Of a stretch of DNA of 64,000 bases, positions 24,701 through 33,700 are shown in pieces. Source of the DNA: Eukaryota sp. TZLM1-RC (lineage: Eukaryota > Protista > Metamonada: BaSk clade). The notes under the pieces were generated by a model. The model was not told the origin of the DNA. It worked only from the letters and a program-made list of their open reading frames with translations, and did not search any database. The position numbers were made by a program, and so were the translations under genes. Positions within the stretch are counted from its first letter, which is position 1. Each line of letters begins with the position of its first letter. The stretch lies in assembly GCA_040285825.1 (NCBI GenBank), contig JAUPSS010000005.1, positions 1,178,001 to 1,242,000 on the forward strand, written 5' to 3'.

Positions 24701-27700
24701 GAGTCATCAGCATTGATAAATGAACCTGAATAAGAAGTAAGACCGAAAATATCCAAATTATTTAAAGAAATTTCAGATTTAGAAGTGGAATCAATTAATC
24801 TAAAAACAGATGAATCAAGTATTTGAGAATCAATCAAAGTTACTTTACTAGAGGAAATCTTCATAAGGGCCTCAGATGGAGTATCAATATTTAACATTTG
24901 TAGACGCAAACCTTGAACTTTAGAATCGCTCTTTACATCAAAAACTTTACCTTCAAGATTGTTAAATTCAACATCAGTTGCAGTGAAATTAGAATTGGTT
25001 AATTCAACATGTCCAGAAGCTTCTGAATCTAGTACATCAACATTAGTAAAGGTAACATCTGCATTGTTAATACCAACAAGAGTTTGGGACAAATGACCAA
25101 TAAGTGAGGAATCAGCCATAGTAACCTCTGAATTGTCAACAGTAAATAAAGGATCAGTAAATGAACAAGTTACAGTAGTTGAAGTAGTAGATTCCTTGAC
25201 AATATTGATATTATCTAAGGTTAATTCAGAATGACTTGAAGCATCAAATAAAGAACCACTATAAGTATCAGGATGAGATACCTTCAAATCATCAATTTTA
25301 ATAGTAGAATCAATAGATTCAAATGCTGGTCTTACACAAGAATTAATAATTTCAGCTTGTTTTAAATCAATAGTAGAAGATTCAGTAACCATCATCGGAT
25401 CATCATTAGTATTGGTATCAATAACTTTAACATTTAAACCTTCAACTTTAGAATCACTCTTTACATCAAAAACCTTACCTTCAAGTTTCTTAAATTCAAC
25501 ATCAGTTGCTTTGAAGTCAGAATTGGCTAATTCAACATGTCCAGAAGCTTCTGAATCTAGTACATCAACATTAGTAAAGGTAACATCTGCATTGTGAATA
25601 CCAACAAGAGTTTGGGACAAATGACCAATAAGTGAAGAATCAGCCAAGGTAACCTCTGAATTATCAACAGTAAATAAAGGATCAGTAAATGAACAAGTTA
25701 CAGTAGTTGAAGTAGTAGATTCCTTGACAATATTGATATTATCTAAGGTTAATTCAGAATGACTTGAAGCATCAAATAAAGAACCACTATAAGTATCAGG
25801 ATGAGATACCTTCAAATCATCAATTTTAATAGTAGAATCGATAGATTCAAATGCTGGTCTTACACAAGAATTGATAATTTCAGCTTGTTTTAAATCAATA
25901 GTAGAAGATTCAGTAACCATCATCGGATCATCATTAGTATTGGTATCAATAACTTTAACATTTAAACCTTCAACTTTACAATCACTCTTTACATCAAAAA
26001 CTTTACCTTCAAGTTTCTTAAATTCAACATCAGTTGCTTTGAAGTCAGAATTGGCTAATTCAACATGTCCAGAAGCTTCTGAATCTAGTACATCAACATT
26101 AGTAAAGGTAACATCTGCATTGTTAATACCAACAAGAGTTTGGGACAAATGACCAATAAGTGAGGAATCAGCCAAAGTAACCTCTGAATTGTCAACAGTA
26201 AATAAAGGATCAGTAAATGAACAAGTTACAGTAGTTGAAGTAGTAGATTCCTTGACAATATTGATATTATCTAAGGTTAATTCAGAATGACTTGAAGCAT
26301 CAAATAAAGAACCACTATAAGTATCAGGATGAGATACCTTCAAATCATCAATTTTAATAGTAGAATCGATAGATTCAAATGCTGGTCTTACACAAGAATT
26401 GATAATTTCAGCTTGTTTTAAATCAATAGTAGAAGATTCAGTAACTATCATCGGATCATCATTAGTATTGGTATCAATAACTTTAACATTTAAACCTTCA
26501 ACTTTAGAATCACTCTTTACATCAAAAACTTTACCTTCAAGTTTCTTAAATTCAACATCAGTTGCTTTGAAGTCAGAATTGGCTAATTCAACATGTACAG
26601 AAGCTTCTGAATCTAGTACATCAACATTAGTAAAGGTAACATCTGCATTGTTAATACCAACCAGAGTTTGGGACAAATGACCAATAAGTGAGGAATCAGC
26701 CAAAGTAACCTCTGAATTATCAACAGTAAATAAAGGATCAGTAAATGAACAAGTTACAGTAGTTGAAGTAGTAGATTCCTTGACAATATTGATATTATCT
26801 AAGGTTAATTCAGAATCACTTGAAGCATCAAATAAAGAACCACTATAAGTATCAGGATGAGATACCTTCAAATCATCAATTTTAATAGTAGAATCAATAG
26901 ATTCAAATGCTGGTCTTACACAAGAATAAATAATTTCAGCTTGTTTTAAATCAATAGTAGAAGATTCAGTAACCATCATCGGATCATCATTAGTATTGGT
27001 ATCAATAACTTTAACATTTAAACCTTCAACTTTAGAATCACTCTTTACATCAAAAACTTTACCTTCAAGTTTCTTAAATTCAACATCAGTTGCTTTGAAG
27101 TCAGAATTGGCTAATTCAACATGTACAGAAGCTTCTGAATCTAGTACATCAACATTAGTAAAGGTAACATCTGCATTGTTAATACCAACCAGAGTTTGGG
27201 ACAAATGACCAATAAGTGAGGAATCAGCCAAGGTAACCTCTGAATTATCAATAGTAAATAAAGGATCAGTAAATGAACAAGTTACAGTAGTTGAAGTAGT
27301 AGATTCCTTGACAACATTGATATTATCTAAGGTTAATTCAGAATTACTTGAAGCATCAAATAAAGAACCACTATAAGTATCAGGATGAGATACCTTCAAA
27401 TCATCAATTTTAATAGTAGAATCAATAGATTCAAATGCTGGTCTTACACAAGAATTAATAATTTCAGCTTGTTTTAAATCAATAGTAGAAGATTCAGTAA
27501 CCATCATCGGATCATCATTAGTATTGGTATCAATAACTTTAACATTTAAACCTTCAACTTTAGAATCACTCTTTACATCAAAAACTTTACCTTCAAGTTT
27601 CTTAAATTCAACATCAGTTGCTTTGAAGTCAGAATTGGCTAATTCAACATGTACAGAAGCTTCTGAATCTAGTACATCAACATTAGTAAAGGTAACATCT

Positions 27701-30700
27701 GCATTGTTAATACCAACCAGAGTTTGGGACAAATGACCAATAAGTGAGGAATCAGCCAAGGTAACCTCTGAATTATCAATAGTAAATAAAGGATCAGTAA
27801 ATGAACAAGTTACAGTAGTTGAAGTAGTAGATTCCTTGACAACATTGATATTATCTAAGGTTAATTCAGAATCACTTGAAGCATCAAATAAAGAACCACT
27901 ATAAGTATCAGGATGAGATACCTTCAAATCATCAATTTTAATAACAGAATCAATAGATTCAAATGCTGGTCTTACACAAGAATTAATAATTTCAGCTTGT
28001 TTTAAATCAATAGTAGAAGAATCAGTAACCATCATCGGATCATCATTAGTATTGGTATCAATAACTTTAACATTTAAACCTTCAACTTTAGAATCACTCT
28101 TTACATCAAAAACTTTACCTTCAAGATTCTTAAATTCAACATCAGTTGCTTTGAAGTCAGAATTGGCTAATTCAACATGGCCAGAAGATTGTGAATCTAA
28201 TACATCAACATAAGTAAAGGTAACATCTGCATTGTTAATACCAACAAGAGTTTGGGACAAATGGCCAATAAGTGAGGAATCAGCCAAAGTAACCTCTGAA
28301 TTATCAACAGTAAATAAAGGATCAGTAAATGAACAAGTTACAGTAGTTGAAGTAGTAGATTCCTTGACAATATTGATATTATCTAAGGTTAATTCAGAAT
28401 CACTTGAAGCATCAAATAAAGAACCACTATAAGTATCAGGATGAGATACCTTCAAATCATCAATTATAATAGTAGAATCAATAGATTCAAATGCTGGTCT
28501 TACACAAGAATTAATAATTTCAGCTTGTTTTAAATCAATAGTAGAAGATTCAGTAACCATCATCGGATCATCATTAGTATTGGTATCAATAACTTTAACA
28601 TTTAAACCTTCAACTTTAGAATCACTCTTTACATCAAAAACTTTACCTTCAAGTTTCTTAAATTCAACATCAGTTGCTTTGAAGTCAGAATTGGCTAATT
28701 CAACATGTCCAGAAGCTTCTGAATCTAGTACATCAACATTAGTAAAGGTAACATCTGCATTGTTAATACCAACAAGAGTTTGGGACAAATGACCAATAAG
28801 TGAGGAATCAGCCAAAGTAACCTCTGAATTGTCAACAGTAAATAAAGGATCAGTAAATGAACAAGTTACAGTAGTTGAAGTAGTAGATTCCTTGACAATA
28901 TTGATATTATCTAAGGTTAATTCAGAATTACTTGAAGCATCCAATAAAGAACCACTATAAGTATCAGGATGAGATATCTTCAAGTCATCAATTTTAATAG
29001 TAGAATCAATAGATTTAAAAGCTGGTCTTACACAAGAATTAATAATTTCAGCTTGTTTTAAATCAATAGTAGAAGAATCAGTAACCATCATTGGATCATT
29101 ATTAGTATTGGTATCAATGACTTTAACATTTAAACCTTCAACTTTAGAATCACTCTTTACATCAAAAACTTGACCTTCAAGTTTCTTAAATTCAACATCA
29201 GTTGCTTTGAAGTCAGAATTGGCTAATTCAACATGGCCAGAAGATTGTGAATCTAATACATCAACATTAGTAAAGGTAACATCTGCATTGTTAATACCAA
29301 CAAGAGTTTGGGACAAATGACCAATAAGTGAGGAATCAGCCAAAGTAACCTCTGAATTGTCAACAGTAAATAAAGGATCAGTAAATGAACAAGTTACAGT
29401 AGTTGAAGTAGTAGATTCCTTGACAATATTGATATTATCTAAGGTTAATTCAGAATTACTTGAAGCATCAAATAAAGAACCACTATAAGTATCAGGATGA
29501 GATATCTTCAAGTCATCAATTTTAATAGTAGAATCAATAGATTTAAAAGCTGGTCTTACACAAGAATTAATAATTTCAGCTTGTTTTAAATCAATAGTAG
29601 AAGAATCAGTAACCATCATTGGATCATTATTAGTATTGGTATCAATGACTTTAACATTTAAACCTTTAACTTTAGAATCACTCTTTACATCAAAAACTTT
29701 ACCTTCAAGATTGTTAAATTCAACATCAGTTGCTTTGAAGTCAGAATTGGCTAATTCAACATGGCCAGAAGATTGTGAATCTAATACATCAACATTAGTA
29801 AAGGTAACATCTGCATTGTTAATACCAACAAGAGTTTGGGACAAATGACCAATAAGTGAGGAATCAGCCAAAGTAACCTCTGAATTGTCAACAGTAAATA
29901 AAGGATCAGTAAATGAACAAGTTACAGTAGTTGAAGTAGTAGATTCCTTGACAATATTGATATTATCTAAGGTTAATTCAGAATTACTTGAAGCATCAAA
30001 TAAAGAACCACTATAAGTATCAGGATGAGATATCTTCAAGTCATCAATTTTAATAGTAGAATCAATAGATTTAAAAGCTGGTCTTACACAAGAATTAATA
30101 ATTTCAGCTTGTTTTAAATCAATAGTAGAAGAATCAGTAACCATCATTGGATCATTATTAGTATTGGTATCAATGACTTTAACATTTAAACCTTTAACTT
30201 TAGAATCACTCTTTACATCAAAAACTTTACCTTCAAGATTGTTAAATTCAACATCACTTGTAGTAAAATTAGAATTGGTTAATGCAAAGTGACCACTAGC
30301 AGCAGTAGAATCACGAACAAGAACAGTATTTAAATCAATAGTAGAATCAGTAGCAACAATAGATTGAGATTGACAACCAACAACAACAACATCATCAAAA
30401 TCAACATTAGATTTAACAAAGGTAATAAGAGGTTCATCATTTGCACATCCACTAATAACTTTACCATCAGAATCAACTGGACCTAAAGTATTGATATTGG
30501 TGAAATCCAGGGTTGAATCATCAACATTGATAAATGAACCAGTATTAGATTCATGGTGAACAATATCAAAGTCAGTAACGGTAATTGTGGAAGTTTTAGA
30601 ATAAATAATGTTACTAAATTTAGTATCAGAAAGGTCAACAGTGGTCAAGGTAAGCTCAGAATTATTGATCACAATTAAGTCATCAGAATTGGAATTTGAA

Positions 30701-33700
30701 TCAGAAATATCAACATTGGTTCCAGTAACTTTAGTATTATCTTTAATATTGAAAACTCTACCTTCAAGACCTTGGAAATTGACATTATTCATTGTCAAAG
30801 TAGTTTTGGTTAATTCAAAGTGACCATCAGTAGCAGTTGAATCACGAACAAGAACAGTTTCTAAATCAATAGTAGAATCAGTAGCAACAATAGACTGAGA
30901 TTGACAACCAACAACAACTACATCATCAAAGTCAACATTAGATTTAACAAGGGTAATAAGAGGTTCATCATTAGCACATCCACTGATAACATTACCATCA
31001 GAATAAACTGGACCTAAAGTTTTGACATTGGTGAAGTCCAAGGTTGAGTCATCAGCATTGATAAATGAACCTGAATAAGAAGTAAGATCGACAATATCCA
31101 AATTATTTAAAGAAATTTCAGATTTAGAAGTGGAATCAATTAATCTAAAAACAGATGAATCAAGTATTTCAGAATCAATCAAAGTTACTTTACTAGAGGA
31201 AATCTTCAATAGGGGCTCAGATGGAGTATCAATATTTAAAATTTTTACACGCAAAGTATCAACTTTAGAATCACTCTTTACATCAAAGATTTTACCTTCA
31301 AGATTGTTAAATTCAACATCAGTTGCAATGAAATTAGAATTGGTTAAATCAACATGTCCAGAAGCTTGTGAATCCAGTACATCAACATTAGTAAAGGTAA
31401 CATCTGCATTGATAATACCAACAAGAGTTTGGGACAAATGACCAATAAGTGAGGAATCAGCCAAGGTAACCTCTGAATTATCAACAGTAAATAAAGGATC
31501 AGTAAATGAACAAGTGACAGTAGTTGAAGTAGTAGATTCCTTGACAATATTGATATTATCTAAGGTTAATTCAGAATTACTTGAAGCATCAAATAAGGAA
31601 CCACCATAAGTATCAGGATGAGATACCCTTAAATCATCAATTATAATAGTAGAATCAATAGATTCAAAAGCTGGTCTTACACAAGAATTAATAATTTCAG
31701 CTTGTTTTAAATCAATAGTAGAAGATTCAGTAACCATCATCGGATCATCATTAGTATTGGTATCGATAACATTAACATTTAAACCTTCAACTTTAGAATC
31801 ACTCTTTACATCAAAAACTTTACCTTCGAGTTTCTTAAATTCAACATCAGTTGCTTTGAAGTCAGAATTGGCTAATTCAACATGGCCAGAAGATTGTGAA
31901 TCTAATACATCAACATTAGTAAAGGTAACATCTGCATTGTTAATACCAACAAGAGTTTGGGACAAATGACCAATAAGTGAGGAATCAGCCAAAGTAACTT
32001 CTGAATTATCAACAATAAATAGAGGATCAGTAAATGAACAAGTTACAGTAGTTGAAGTAGTAGATTCCTTGACAATATTGATATTATCTAAGCTTAATTC
32101 AGAATCACTTGAAGCATCAAACAAAGAACCACTATAAGTATCAGGATGAGATATCTTCAAATCATCAATTATAATAGTAGAATGAATAGCTTTAAAAGCT
32201 GGCCTTACACAAGAATTAATAATTTCAGCTTGTTTTAAATCAATAGTAGAAGAATCAGTAACCATCATTGGATCATTATTAGTATTGGTATCAATAACTT
32301 TAAGAGTTACACCCTCAACTTTACAATCACTCTTTACATCAAAAACTTTACCGGCTAAGTTGTTTAATTCTAAATTATCAATGTTCAAAGTAGATCCAGT
32401 TAATTCAAAAGCAACCGATGCTGCTGAGTCCTTGACAATAAAATCTTCGGTGTTTATGAAAGAATCAGTTGCTATAATTGTACCATGATCACATTCACTG
32501 GCAACAATTGCTTTAAGACCCAAATCAGATTGGGAAACAGTGAACAAAGCTTCACTGTTGGCGCATTGAAAGACCACGTTACCAGTTTCTCCATTGACCC
32601 TGGATATCTGAAGATCTTCCTGACTGAAGGTGTATGAACCAGAATAAACACCGGGGTAGAAAAAGACATTCTTAGTGTCATCAACATTTGCTATTCTCAC
32701 AAGGGCTCCAGATAACGTTCTACAAGGATAAGAAGAAGTTCCGCAACAATGGTCGTCAAAGCCACCTGTTGACACGTAAGCAGTATCACCGAGATCATCA
32801 ACAACTGCATCTAAAAGTTCAAGCTCCATAGTTTCAGACAGATATGATAAATTCCAAATATTTTCACATAAAAACAGTGGAGATAATGCAAATTCGTTAG
32901 AATGAGATGAAAAACGTAGAAGAGTATAAGTTCCAGCAGTAGTAAGCTGTGCTTCAATACCAAGAACCAAAGTACTACCACTGTTGATATCAACATGACC
33001 AATAACTATTAATTCCGCAGGAAGACTAAAATCACATATAAATTCAGAACTAGAATGGAAAAAGACAGAACCTTCTATGTTCAACTCAGGAATAGGCCGG
33101 ATTGAACCATAAATGTTCATGGCAGAAGTAATGGTACCTTTACCACTGAATGTTTTCCCTTCATAAACCTCTAATGTGTTGGTACTCAGAACTGTACCTT
33201 CATTTAATACCAAGTTTTCCTTAATGTCAAGCATAGTGGAAATTTTGGAAAGAAGTGAACCCCAGATGCTGAGATCATTTTCAAAAATAAGTGTGCCATA
33301 ATTAAGAATTAAATCACCACCAATAAAACTTTCAACCTCTGTCGTAACAGATCGATCAGAGTCCACTGTTAATGTACCATTAATTACAATCTCGCCATCC
33401 CCAGCATTTGAAGATTTCAAACTAATTTCAATCGGAATAACGTCTGAAATTGATGGATAGTAAATATACGTATTGTGATACGAAACTTCCGCATTGAGAC
33501 CCTTGACAGTAGAAATACATTCTGGAGACCACCTTGTTCCCGTGAAATCTCGTCCCCATCTCCAAATGTTGCCGTTAGATTCCACGGCTAAAACCTGCCG
33601 ATGCTTGGCCTTTATTGAAATTATATCACTTAACCCAGCAATTTCTTGAGGAGTGTCGATATCACTTGTTTGACTTGAACCCAAACCCAATTGACCATTC

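Noticed and set aside
21368-32488. Many short + strand ORFs repeating every 528 bp
   Set aside because: Antisense shadows of the giant repeat gene
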